Source: Octopus sinensis (lineage: Eukaryota). From it: DNA of 64,000 nucleotides. The DNA lies in assembly GCF_006345805.1 (NCBI RefSeq), contig NC_043000.1, positions 160,084,001-160,148,000 on the forward strand, written 5' to 3'. Below are positions 38,488 through 51,982 of this stretch, one piece after another (position 1 is the stretch's first letter; every line of letters begins with the position of its first letter). The position numbers and the translations under genes were made by a program. The notes beneath the pieces are model-generated. The model ran no database searches and had not been told where the DNA came from. It was given only the letters and a program-made list of their open reading frames with translations.

Positions 38488-41400
38488 TTATCTATCTATC
38501 TATCAAACTATCAGTCTATCTATCTGACCTCCAATATGTCTGTCTGCCCGTCCGTCCGTCAACCTGCCTGCCTGCCTCTCTGTCTCACTATCTGTCTTTT
38601 TGTCTGTCTCTCTGGTTGTCTATCTCTTTATGCAGCCTGGAAGATAGATAGGCAATATATAGATGCAAATAAAGACATCTACCTAGATAGCTTTTATTTA
38701 ATGTTATAGCTTCCAATTTCCTTTCTCTTCACCTTTTGTCATCTCTCTCTCGGCACCTTTCTCCGTTTCGAGCTATTCGCAGTGAAAGGGCGTCACAGAA
38801 TCAATGAGTATCTATCTTTCTGCCTTTTCGTATTCCTGTATCATCATCCGTCAAAATATTCCAATTACATCGAGGATTTTCTCAATCATAGCCTCTTTCC
38901 ATGAAGAAGCAAGTCGGAGATAGGCCTGAGAAATATGTCACGTAATTATTACATAAGCATATGAAACATTCTGTCATCGAAAACGAATGTTTTCTAATAG
39001 ATGATTGTATTACATAATTGCGTTCTATACATCCGGTAGTGGGCTCTCTCATTCTGATTTGCTTCTTTCGTATTTGTTGTGTACAAAGTTGTATATCCTA
39101 TTCTAAATACGTTTCGGAAGAATGGCTTTACTGGTGCAATTGCCCATGCTTTCTAAATGTGTCCGGCGAACTTATTTTCTGAACTTTAGTTAAAAATTAT
39201 AAGTGGCCTAAGATTTTCATTTTTATGAAGCTATTAATGAATTAGGACTACTATTAGGAAGCTAAGTGGTTTCCATTATGATCAAGAATATTAACATGTT
39301 TGTAATTGCATCATATATTACGATAAAACTTAAATAACAGCGAGCCAAGAAGTGATTATTCACGTGGTGGCGGACCTGATTGAACAGCAGCAACATGTAC
39401 CTGAAATCACTCCTTTCCATCCGAGATATATAGGACAAATTGTTTAAAATAGTCCGATATGTTCGGGTGGAGGGGTTTGATATTTAAACAAAGCAGATGA
39501 TATTGCATATATCTTTTATCGCCGTTAGTTTATAGAATCGCTATTCATATTAACTAAGTTGTCATACTATATTTTTGATTATCTGCGTTCAGATAATATG
39601 TATTTACTCTTATCTGATTTACTTGCGGGAGTCTCAGTTTATGAATATACTTCACACCAACATCATGATCTTTTTGAATATTATGTATTTGACTCTCATT
39701 TTCTATACAAAGTCTATGCCTAATTGTTTGATGAAATATTTGTTTATGTTATACGATTGGACTTAACAGCAAAAGCTAGCGTAGGTGAAAATTATTTCGA
39801 AGCACAGTAGTTACTGTATAACGATTTAACTTTTAATTCTGGAGTAAATTCCCAAATAGTTACTGATAAGTTTTATCCTGACTACAATATAATACGTTTC
39901 CATGAGCAGAACAGTATAAATTATATTTCATACATGTATAAACTTCATTTGTGGTATGTATTATATAATGCATACTGTTATATCTTTCTTTATGTTTACA
40001 TATGTAAAACTTCAAATATTTCCGATGCAACTTACTATTGGGAGTGTATTATACATTATATTTCCTTTGATTCCATAACGATAAATATCCTTAAGTGTGT
40101 CCCAACGCTGTTAGTCTGCATTCTTTTTCATTGTTGACATCTGGCAATTCTCAAGGCTTCAGTTCAGAATTGTTATGTCCTTCTTTATAACGGTCCTTTA
40201 TATTAATTTCTCTACGGTTTCTAGTATACTTTTTAGTAATCATGAATAGAAATATATTCCCATTTTGGAAATTTTCATATACTGGCCAATATTTAACAAT
40301 ACATATCTCCAATTATTTATTCATACATTTATTTATCCAAGTATTTGTCTTTTCCTCTGTGTTAATTTAATACATAACTGTCTTCACCTGTTCGACTATC
40401 ATTATTAGAGTGGTAAAATCTATTTATTCCCTAAAATTTGACGTTTTCTGCGGCATACTTGAGAGATGACTTAATCAAAAAAAATTTATAGCATTATTTA
40501 CTCATTTATCTTATTTTTAACCTGTCGTCTTGAGTTAAATCACTTTTTACGACACATTTTCTAATTTTCAAATCTATAAAAATTATTTTACTTGCTGTTG
40601 ACTTGCTGTTGTAGATGTTGATATATTACGTACATTGAATGAATTTTTATACCTCTAAGATAGATAATTGACTTTGCTATATTTTTATGATATTTGCTAG
40701 ATTATTTTTGTTTTCAGTATTGGGGCAAGAATTCTTAAAACCTTACATTGTTTTTCTTCAGAAATTGCGTAACGTAATTTCTGTTTAAGTGGCATTTTTG
40801 ATTATTTCAAGCTCGTAGAGGGTGTGTGTGTGGGGGGGGGGTACGGAAGGAAATAAGAGCAGGAGTCCAAACAACAAACCGCTTATCATTCCCTCATTCG
40901 CTGTTCCTTTATACTTACGTCATTAATATCTAAAGACAGAGTTAAAACATGTTATTACCTATATACCTATAAATATATGCTGTCATGCTTATATATGAAA
41001 TCGATGTTTAAAACAGAGATGGAAGCAGCATTTTCTGCGCAACTATAGGTATTAACCATAGGTATTAACAATACGAAGACTCCAGTTTGCACAAGTCATT
41101 TCAGTAAAATATTAAACATACTTTTTATATGTAAAATAACATTATATCCACAGCAATATATACGCATTGACATAAGCGTATTACCCATAGAAATGTAGAA
41201 ACAGCTTATGTTTGTTCCATTTCATGCTTGAAAGATTTTTCAAAGATGTTCTCTAACTAAATTCTCCTGTGAGCCAAGCCAAACGGAACTGGTTTTTATG
41301 GATTAATGTTGAATAACAAAGTTTTACAGAATTATGCTTTCTATCCACTGAGGATCGATGACATCAACTGGGATATCTGTGTGAAACGATAACATGAGTT

Positions 41401-41953
41401 AAAATGTGGTTAACTAGGCAAGCACGCACAATCGCGTCCCCAAAACGTACACATCACACAAGCATGTACACACATACACGCACACATATATGAAGTGAAA
41501 AATCTTCATGATAATTTCGTTTTCTCAGAACCTGTTACAAAAGCAAATACTTTGTAGATATCTTCTGAGACACAGAATCCGACTTCTTTGGTGCAAGACA
41601 CGTTGAAATCCCTTATTTAATTCAGAAGCAATTCAGAACATACTACTTGTGTATCTTTCAAAAACACGGTATGTACTGAACTGATAGGCTACGACTGGAA
41701 ATATATCCGGGTCTTCAGAGGAATGGGTTGCGCTTCCTTTCCACACTAGACCTTAACATCTCATGAGTATTGGAGTGCGTAAGAAGTTGATAAGAGAGAC
41801 AATTAACAGAGTGCTTTGGCACAACAAAGCTGGTATATATCACCCAATATCTTGCGCGATTAACCTGAATGAATTTTGTGCATATTTTTTATAGATTTAC
41901 AAGCAAACAAAGAAGGCGTTGCTCGGGATTAAAATGGCATAGTTTTTAAAAAT

Positions 41954-42255
41954 TCTTTTACTTATTTCAGTCATTTCACTGTGGCCATGCTGAAGCACTA
42001 CCTTTAGTCGAACAAATCGATCTCAGGACTTATTCTTCGTAAGCCTAGTACATAGTTTATCGGTCGCTTTTGCTGTACCACTAAGTTACCGGACGTAAAC
42101 ACACCAACATCGGTTCCTAAGAGATGGTGGGGAAACAAGCACACACATATACACACATGCGCACATACAAACATACACATATATACAACGGGCTTCTTTC
42201 AGTTTCCCTCTACTAAATCCACTAACAAGTACTTTTTGGGCCCGAGGCTATAGTA
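41954..42255 (-). mobile_element. Family A SINE, 5' truncated
   Basis: Tail and body colinear with the other family A copies. Confidence 0.8.
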
Positions 42256-42321
42256 TATATATAGATAGATAGATACATACATATATACATACATACATAC
42301 ATACATACATACATACATACA

Positions 42322-42389
<68 letters not shown>

Positions 42390-43114
42390 AAAAATCAGAA
42401 AATGGAGAAAACATTTGATCAACAAAAAAAAACGTTGACCTACATCAGTTGATTACTTTTTAATGCAAAACATGACATAACATTTCTTACGGCCGTTTCC
42501 GCTTCCAATGTTAATCGGTGCTTATGAAAAAAATTCCGAAAAATAATATTCATCTTCATAGCACATTCGGTCTAAAACATGGAGCTACATCTGAGTGAAT
42601 ACAACCCCTATAGACTAGACGAATACCACAGGCACCTGCTACTCTATTTAAATTCCTTTCCTTCTCTCCCTTTTGCTCTATTTTTTTACGTTATCTTCCT
42701 CTACCTCCACATCCTCTCTCTCATCTTCTCGGATATACACTATATTCTTAGACACAGTATGTTTATATACCTTACTTTATCCTAAAGGCAATCCTTAACT
42801 TCACCCCACTCTATCTACCTCCCTTTCTATCTACTTACTTTTCTTTCCTTTTACCACTTAATAGCCATCTCCACCACCATTCTGTTATTGAACGTTGATA
42901 TGCTCACGTCTTTTTTCTCTGGATGTTTACAATATCAGGACTTTAACACACATGGATGAACGCTGGATTACACCTAAGGTCCTACAACCGCGGAAAGTTG
43001 AACTGTGAACTTTTATGCTTCTTTTTTCTTCTCTCTTTTCCTCAACTTATTCCTTTACCTCTGTCATCTATGTCATTATTTCATTAATTTACGCCCTCCT
43101 CATTTTCCCTATTT

Positions 43115-43174
43115 GTCTGTGATGACGGAATATCCATCCTATACTATGGGATATTCCAGAAACATCTGTAAGAT
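43115..43174 (+). ncRNA. Degenerate type I hammerhead-like motif (C3G)
   Basis: gtct GTGATGA c ggaatatc...gatattcc a GAAAC atct GTA agat: 8-bp stem II, GUA triplet, 4-bp stem I; C3 and the 10.1-11.1 pair are mutated. Confidence 0.45.
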
Positions 43175-43411
43175 TTTGAAGTTTTTCCAACAATAATGAT
43201 GTATATGACTTGAGATGTTTGCCTTGCCTTAACGTTTGTTGTTCTCTTAACCAATTACTTATCCGCTATATCGGAAATCTGCAATGGTTCCATAACAACC
43301 GCCTGAGGTACAACTTTGGAGCCCTAGTATTCCGTTACAATACTTACCTAATACACATGATCGGTTAGATGACCTGTGAACTAAACTCTCATATTTTGTA
43401 CATATATATAC

Positions 43412-43509
<98 letters not shown>

Positions 43510-43589
43510 TATATGCATATACATGTATACATAAAATTATTTCATATAAAATTATATAAAATTACATGTATACATATATATACATATGC

Positions 43590-43621
<32 letters not shown>

Positions 43622-43629
43622 TATATATA

Positions 43630-44210
43630 CCAATTAAGGACTGAACACGAAAAGGTGGACAGTCAACATGCTAGATATAGACGTCAAATCGCCATTTTCC
43701 ACAAGGATTATGTTCTCAAATAAAAATAAAATTCAGCACGACCTAAAGCAATGGATGAGACAAAAGAAAAATACTAAGTGGAATAATTAATTTTTAAATA
43801 TGAAATATATGTTCTCGAACCGATAAATTGACTGCTGCTAATTATTGGCTGCAGGCTAGTTTTTCGATTATCAGCGCGCCAAAAGTAGAGGCATTCGAAA
43901 GATACATCCGAACGTAATAGGTTGTACTTTTTGCATGCGGGACTCCGGTACCGTTTTTCATCTAGTACAGCATATTATGCTCATAACAAACTACGCTGAT
44001 GAAGCTACAGATATCCTTGTGATATTAATAGCTGAAACTGCAGTACGTAGGTAATTATTCCACTTAGTATTTTTCTTTTGTCTCATCCATTGCTTTAGGT
44101 CGTGCTGAATTTTATTTTATTTGAGAACATAATCCTTGTGGAGAATGGCGATTTGACGTCTATATCTAGCATGTTGACTGTCCACCTTTTCGTGTTCAGT
44201 CCTTAATTGG
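43630..44210 (+). mobile_element. 581-bp element with about 160-bp inverted arms, embedded in (TA)n, carrying a hammerhead ribozyme
   Basis: 43630-43789 vs 44052-44210: one substitution and one 1-nt indel; TA repeats on both sides; 262-bp internal spacer. Confidence 0.9.
43991..44050 (+). ncRNA. Type I hammerhead ribozyme, intact core
   Basis: ctacg CTGATGA agcta...tagct GAAAC tgca GTA cgtag: 5-bp stem I, 5-bp stem II plus inner atatc/gatat, palindromic actgcagt stem III, predicted cleavage after A44045. Confidence 0.85.
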
Positions 44211-44308
44211 TATATATAAATATTTTAATCTTCGGATTCTTTTTAATGTGCTAGACCACTGGTTTTAATTGACTAATATCAATTCTACCCTTAATTTTTA
44301 TATATATA

Positions 44309-44385
<77 letters not shown>

Positions 44386-44411
44386 TATATACATATATAT
44401 GTATACATATA

Positions 44412-44451
<40 letters not shown>

Positions 44452-44699
44452 TATACATATGTATATATATAATATATTTATGTACGTATAAATACAGATA
44501 TATACACATACATATATACATATATTTATGTACCTATATATATTATATGTATAAATATACACACATATATATGTATATGTACGTGTATATATATATATAT
44601 ATATATCTATATATATATATATATATATTATATATAGAGAGAGAAGAGAGAGAGAGAGAGAGACAAGGTTGGCAATGTGTAGGCAGATCTTAGAAACTC

Positions 44700-44900
44700 T
44701 CTAGAAGAAAATAGCTTGAGTGAGAACAAGTATAGAGAGGAACAAGTATAGTGTTATTGGACGCTCAGGAAAGGAAAGAAAGAAGGAGGACTTAACGTTT
44801 CTGGCGGAGCTCTTCGCCAGAAACATAAGAAAATGAAAGATCCAAGGAAGGGAAGACAGAGGAAAAAAATTGCCAACGGTCACATTTTGAATATATATAT
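44700..44900 (-). mobile_element. Second copy of the 2100-2300 family (hammerhead motif disrupted)
   Basis: Minus: ttatgtttctggcgaagagctccgccagaaacgttaag...ttcctgagcgtccaataacactatac. Confidence 0.65.
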
Positions 44901-44913
44901 ACATACATATATA

Positions 44914-44951
<38 letters not shown>

Positions 44952-45140
44952 ATTGGTGAATTGAAAATGGAGCTGAACGCAGATTGAAATTAATTTCAAT
45001 TATCCGCACCAACGCACGGTTGCAACGCCAGATGGTTGTACCTCCAACCGTGCTGTTTACTGCTGTGATTTTTGCTACTAAGGTATCGGTTTAACTTTTG
45101 ATTAATCTACTACAAGATTATTCATCTTTCTATTTCACAT

Positions 45141-45195
<55 letters not shown>

Positions 45196-46739
45196 CGTAT
45201 ATAAATATCGATTTGTTTGTGTCCTCGTGTCTGTGTTTCTTGCCCCAGTACCGCTTAACAGCTTAACGGTTCAGCTAAAGGGACCGATAGAATAAATAGT
45301 CATGGGATTGATTTGTTCAACTAAGTTTCTTCAAGGCGGTGCTCCAACATAGTCATAGTTAAAGAACTGAAATAAGTAAAACAATAAAAGGATAACAAAA
45401 TGGATGAATGTATGCATGCATGTATGTATGTATATATGTTTGTATGTATGTATGTATGCATGTATGCATGTATGTATGTGTGTATGTATGTGTGTATGCA
45501 TGCATGTATGTATGTATGTATGCATGTAGGCATGTATGCATGTAGGCACACACACATATAATTCTGAACACGATATTTCCATTCTTTAAATTTCTTTGCA
45601 GAAGGCATATGATTAAATGTTCGATTTTCTCTATTAACTTTTAATAACTTGCTTTTTGTACAATAAGAAATGCTATTTATTTATTTATATATGTATGCAT
45701 GCATATATGTATGCAGCTAAATCTATCTATCAATCTATCTCTCTACCTATCTACCTACCCACCTACTTACATACATACATATCTTCCTATCAACCTAGAT
45801 GCCTAGCAACCTAGCTACCTACCTACATATCTACCTACCTGCCTATTCCTACTTTTACCTCAATCTCTCACATTAATGCATAAGAAATCGTTGACGACTC
45901 AGAGGCACCGTTCTTTTCAGTTTCTTCCATTCAATCATTTCCAAAAATATTTCAATTAATATTTTCTTACAGCCATTTTGAAATTAATTTAATTAACGAA
46001 TAGTTTATCATGAATGAGGAATGGCTACAAGATCTCAGAGGCATCCATCCCAGTTATGAAAATATTAAGTTTACTGAAATTATTGCATATATAGAATTGC
46101 TTGATTTTCAATATTTCCTGTCTGTGGTTTGCTCTATATAGATAGAATGACTTAAAATCTGATATGTATTTCTTCTTTTATTTCAAGTACATTTACGTGA
46201 TTTTTCTTGAATATTTCTTGAATTCCTCGTTTCAATAAAACAAAGTATTACTTATCCAGGATACAGAGACTGGGAAACGCATTAGGTTTGTTGATAATAA
46301 TAATGATGATCATATTGATGACACAGTCCTGTTGTAAGCAGCCACACGATAGGATGGCCATTTAACAATTCTTCCCTAAAATGTGTAAGCCATTTCTATT
46401 ACTTTCTATGTTTGGTAAAACTTTGAGATGCTTATAGATTTATATATCTTAACTCCGATATAATTTTTCATCGATAAAATTTTGAGGCGTTAGTTAACAC
46501 TTTCTATATTTTAGCTATGCCAGTTCCAACTTATCGACGCTCCTCACAAAAATATTTTGAAAGAACTAACGACTGATTGCTTAAACTCGTGAAAATCATG
46601 CGACGTGTAAGGAAGAACATTCTATTATGAGGAAGAGCAAAAATCTGATATTGTTTCTTGAATGAACTGCCTGAAAGAAGTGTGGCAACTAATGTTGTAG
46701 AGAATGTAATATTTATCGCAAAGTAAAAGCGCATGAACA

Positions 46740-47510
46740 ATTGGCTGGTTGGTGGTTGTCTAAAGCTCTGCATGGCAAATATGTCGCTGTAACAATGAAG
46801 CTGATATTGACCAGAAGCACACTTATCAGCGACTTCGAAGCTCATGATTAAAGTGAGGGAGATAAGACTTCACTATTTTGCTCAAGATCAAAGCCTATTG
46901 ACCCAGAAAAAACAGGCCAATGTGATAAAGAATGGAACAAATCCAAAGTGCCGATTCTGCAATGATGAACTTCAAATATTGCACCACTGAGTCTCTGAAT
47001 CTAAACTTTTAGTACCAGCAGAGTATAAATCAAGATATGTCACAGTTGGTCAGTATATACATTAGTTAATATGTCGGCATTATAAATACAGAACTGTTGA
47101 CAAGTGGCATAATTATCACCCTGAAGCCGTAACTGGGGGAGAAAATGTAACGATTCTTTTGATCCTTCCTGTACATAGAATACCATTAAAGCTAATAATA
47201 AACTGGATAGTGTCGAAAAAGGCCAAGATGATAAAATCTGTTTATTGATTGACATAGCTGCCCCTTGTCACCATAATATTTCAGCAAAAGAATTAAACAG
47301 TATTAGAAAAATAAAGATTTGCTCATTAAATCGAAAAAAAGTCTCAAGGGGTAGTTACAATATCTGAGATTGTAGGAACGCTCGATACGATAAAAAAAAG
47401 AAGGAAAAATTATTTGAGAATCATTCTGAGCTTTTACCATTCCTGCAAGAAGTGCAAAACCTTGTTTCGGCTGATATGTTGTATGCATTGAGAAGAGCGT
47501 TCTTTCTGTG
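46740..47510 (+). pseudogene. R4/Dong-like non-LTR retrotransposon remnant (zinc knuckle plus RLE)
   Basis: SKALHGKY, ADIDQKHTYQ, QDQSLLT, NPKCRFCNDE, EYKSRY..VGQYIH*LICRHY, KICLLID match the R4/Dong C-terminal domain order; many disablements. Confidence 0.75.
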
Positions 47511-47691
47511 AGAACGATAACCTTCTATCTAAATAACTTTTTTTCCTACATAACTGTATTTTATTTTGCAAATAAAATATCTGGTGGGTTTATTTTACTG
47601 ACCAATCAATGCATACATTGAGTTTCTTTATCCTTGGTTTCGGGAAGATATTCGGTAAGGGATGGAAACAAAATCGAAGGAAAAAGAAAAT

Positions 47692-47692
<1 letters not shown>

Positions 47693-47726
<34 letters not shown>

Positions 47727-47840
47727 GCTGCTGCTACTGCTACTGCTACTGCTACTGCTACTACTACTACTACTACTACTACTACTAACTACTACTACTA
47801 CTACTACTACTAAGAATACTAATAATAATAATAACAATAA
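47693..47840. repeat. Compound (CTA)n/(CTG)n/(AAT)n microsatellite
   Basis: Direct inspection. Confidence 0.95.
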
Positions 47841-48037
47841 TATCTTTTATTAGCCACAGCGGCTTAGATATGTGCAAGAATCCTTAAGGAAGACTCTTGA
47901 GATCTGAGAAGACTAGTTATCACCAAACCTCAAGTTAAGGTACCTGCTAATTAGATTAATATATATTAGCATAATAATAATGATAATGATAAACTAGTAC
48001 CACTACTATTACTGATGATGATGCTGATGATGATGAC

Positions 48038-48082
<45 letters not shown>

Positions 48083-48741
48083 TATAATGATGACGATGAT
48101 GGTTAACAAGTTTAAGAAGAAAGCTGTGGAAAGATAAAATTTTGCAATTTTGCGAAAATAAAGATAGACAAAACAGACAAGGAAAAATTTACAACTAAAT
48201 CAAGGATGTTTGTAGGAAGAGTGGAAAAGTGAACGAGAACTGATAATATTGCTTAAAAGGGAAATGGAGAAGAATAAACAAAATGATATTCATGAAACGA
48301 CAGTGAATGCGTTTGAGATAAATTATGAAAGCGAAAGGGCTAGATACACACACACATACCCCGCCCACATACCCCGCCCACGCAATTGCATACATGCATA
48401 CATGTTACACGTATATATCATGCCCGTCTCGTTAAGGAACTTGTTTAGTGATCCTATGAATTTAGGTTCAGTCATGCTGTGTGACAATATGGTTCAGTAT
48501 CTCCCAGAATAGCTTCAGGCTGATCAATTTCTTGTGAATGAATTTGGCAGTCGGAAACACCCTTGCACGTGCACATCCACGCAAGTGCTCATATCATTTG
48601 GATAAAATGAAGATAATTCAATGAGAGCAAACTTTTTTAAAAATAAAATATGGAAAGTGAATTTGTTTATAATATATATACTTTTGACTCCTATAGATAT
48701 AGCAAAGCTAGTAATTCATATTGCCCTTGTTATATATAATT

Positions 48742-48785
<44 letters not shown>

Positions 48786-49558
48786 CATATAAACTTAGAA
48801 AAGAGAAACAGAGAAATAACGCGTGCGTTCGGTCATATAGTAATATGATAAATAAATAAAATATATGCATATATACATACATATACGTACATACTTACAT
48901 CTACATGTATATATACATGCATACATATATATATATATATATGAGTACAGGACACCACAAATAAACGTAGAACACAACGAGAGACGAGAACATAAAATCA
49001 AACAAGGAAACAGACTTTTTTTAAACAACGAAAAAACAGAGTACAGGACAAACAATACAAGGAAAATTCCCCTTCATCAGCTGTCCCTGGTTCGACTCAA
49101 AATCAATCAGTTTCGCTTATAGGGTTTTAAGTTGGGGCCTTTTACATTATTATCTCTCATGAGTATTAATGTTTATTATATACTTATGTATATGTGTGTG
49201 TGTCTGTGTGTGTATGTGTATATAAAGTAAAGGCTATTTACCAGCATAAAGCTACGATGTTACTGTTGTTTTAGTACCAAAAGACATCGTATTTAGCTGG
49301 CTAAAGGACACACTATCTGCGTCCTTACATTTTCGAACAGGGAGCTCAGCACTCCATATAGCACAAAACAACATGTGTGGACTAGTTTCTGGGTTTTACC
49401 CTTTATCATCACGGAGTAGCTGTTTTGGCCAGATGGCGTTGCTGAATTCACCGTTCGAACATATAGTTTTCAAAGTGACACACAACCACTGATCAAAAAA
49501 TAGAAATATTATCATTTCACATTCTCTCAAAGAGAGACATTCAGTAACATTTCTTTAA

Positions 49559-49686
49559 CGTAAAGGCTATTTGCCAACATAATGCGGCTGTCTCGAAAGA
49601 GACGATGTTAATGTTGTTGTAGCCCCTAGAACCGTAACATCGTCCCTTTCAGGACAGCCGCATTATGTTGGAAAATAGTCTTTACA
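49559..49686. mobile_element. 128-bp MITE-like hairpin element flanked by TTAA
   Basis: taaaggctatttgccaacataatgcggctgtc / gacagccgcattatgttggaaaatagtcttta (2 mismatches), inner gacgatgtta/taacatcgtc; ttaa at 49555-49558 and 49687-49690. Confidence 0.75.
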
Positions 49687-49771
49687 TTAAAGAAGTTACT
49701 GAGTGTCACTCTATGAGAGTATTAGAAATAATGATGATGATGATGATAATAACATATATATGTATATATAT

Positions 49772-49854
<83 letters not shown>

Positions 49855-49949
49855 TATGTATACACATATGTGTGTGAGTGTGTGTACGTGTGTATGTGTT
49901 GCGGATTGAGCACTGAAACGAACATAAGTAGTGGCTGAAGTGTATATCC

Positions 49950-50084
<135 letters not shown>

Positions 50085-50355
50085 TCGAAAGAAGATTTGA
50101 AAATGCAGAGGTCTTTTAAAGATATTTACTGACTTGACCGGTTTCACGCTTTTAAAAAAGATTTTCACAGGTAAAATGTAAGGCTTTGTGTCACCTTTGT
50201 GTTAGAAAAATGATTATCATAGATTTATTAAAATACAGTGATACAGGCTTTGATAACTTAGATAACTTAGATAACTTAGATATGTTTCGACCAAAGATTG
50301 GTCCAGGCCATGTCTAACTTAATAGCACCACCTGATAGGATTATTCGAATCCTGT

Positions 50356-51947
50356 TTAAGTCAAGTTTTGTTCAAGTAGTGAGTTCTTGTTGGGTGAGTT
50401 GTATCCAATTATGGGTGGCTTATCTGGTATTCTTTGAAGGAATCTATCCAGACTTCGTTTAAAGTTGATGGGATCCTTTTCCTCTTTGATCTCTTTCGGG
50501 ACAATGTTAAATAGGGCAGGGCCTGTTGAGGAAAAGAAATTATGTTGCAGTGTACATGTGTGCTGTGATCTTGAACTGGGCAGGGGACGTATGGCCCGTG
50601 GTCCCAGTCTTGGATGAACCTTGAAGCTAATGTTAAGGTCGTTTGGGCAAAGTTGGCGGTATATTCTCCACATCGTACAAATGATGTACTGCTCACGGCG
50701 ACGCTTGAGGGAGTAAAGTTTCAAGGCTTTAAGGCTTTAAGGCGATCCCAATAATCGAGAGCAGCCATGCCTTCAATTCGTTTTGTGAGTGCCCTCTGGG
50801 GTAACTCAATTCTGGAGATGTTTTGTCTTGTATAGGGAGACCACAGTGGGCAGCAGTATTTAAGGTGTGGCCGTACAAAGGAGGAGAAAAGTGGAATGAT
50901 GACACCTTGTTCTCTGGACCGGAAAGTTCTTAAGATCTAGGAACTCATCCTACAAGCTATATCGACCTTCTTGTTGATGTGTGCACTCCAACTGAGATCG
51001 TCATCAACAATTACACCCAGGTCTCTGATATTGTTAGAGGCTGAGAGCGGTTCCCCTGAAGGAAGAGAGTATGATTGTTTTAGTGAGGAATTTCTTCCAA
51101 AATGCATCAGCTCAAATTTTCCCTCGTTCAGTTGCATTTTGTTTCTGTCTGCCCATTGACTCACAGCATATAGATCAGACTGGAGTTGAGTTCGGTCTGC
51201 TTCTTCGTTGACGATTTGTTGGAGCTCAGTGTCATCAGCAAATATTTTCACTTTGCAGTAATGTACGACACTGGAAAGGTCGTTTATGTAAATTATGAAG
51301 AGTAGCGGACCCAAATCAGTCCCCTGGGGAACACCGCTGGTGACTTTTCCTGAGCTTGAGTGGACTCCATCAACTACAACATGTTGTGTTCTATTCGCCA
51401 GGAAATATTTAATCCAGTGTAGAACATTTCCACGGATTCCAACATTTGCCAATTTTGAGAGTAGGATATTATGGTCTACCCTGTCGAACGCTTTACTGAA
51501 GTCAAGATATATGACGTCAGAGTTCGAACCTGTTCCCAAGGCTTTGAGTACATCTTCAATGTGGTGTAAGAGCTGTGTTAGACAGTCCCTGCCACAGCGA
51601 AAGTCATGCTGATTTGCATTTAGGAGTTTGTGGGTCTCCAGGAAGTCAACTATCCTTGATCTTAACACTATTTCAAACACTTTAATGATGTGGGAGGTGA
51701 GTGAGATTGGGCGATAGTTGACTACGAGGGTTCTGTTTCCCTGTTTGAAAACCGGAATGCCGTTATCATCAATCAATGGCCCAATGGGTGAGGCAGTGGT
51801 TCTATGCTTATTTGCATAAGAATAGAACACTTTTGGGTTCTGTTTGATGTTTTTGATTACCCACTGTTCCTCCACAGCTCTTTGATTTTCAATGGAGGTT
51901 TTCATGTCGGTCTGCAGATGAAGTTTTTCCAGCTCTAGTCTTTTCAT
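50356..51947 (-). pseudogene. ORF2 reverse transcriptase and C-terminal domain (disabled)
   Basis: NYRPISLTS, YLDFSKAFDRVDH, GVPQGTDLGPLLFIIYINDL, KIFADDT, RDLGV; TAG at 50937-50939, an 8-bp tandem duplication frameshift at about 50723-50738, then LYSLKRRRE...FKRSLDRFLQRIPDKP. Confidence 0.92.
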
Positions 51948-51982
51948 TGTTGTTAAATGTGGATGTTGTGTTGGGGAATATT

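Noticed and set aside
41521-41675. ag|...|gtatgt exon-like segment
   Set aside because: Stops in all three frames.
49040-49120. Minus-strand GAAAC...CTGATGA in a TA-anchored repeat
   Set aside because: I could not assemble the three helices in any permutation; it may be a truncated relic but is unsupported.
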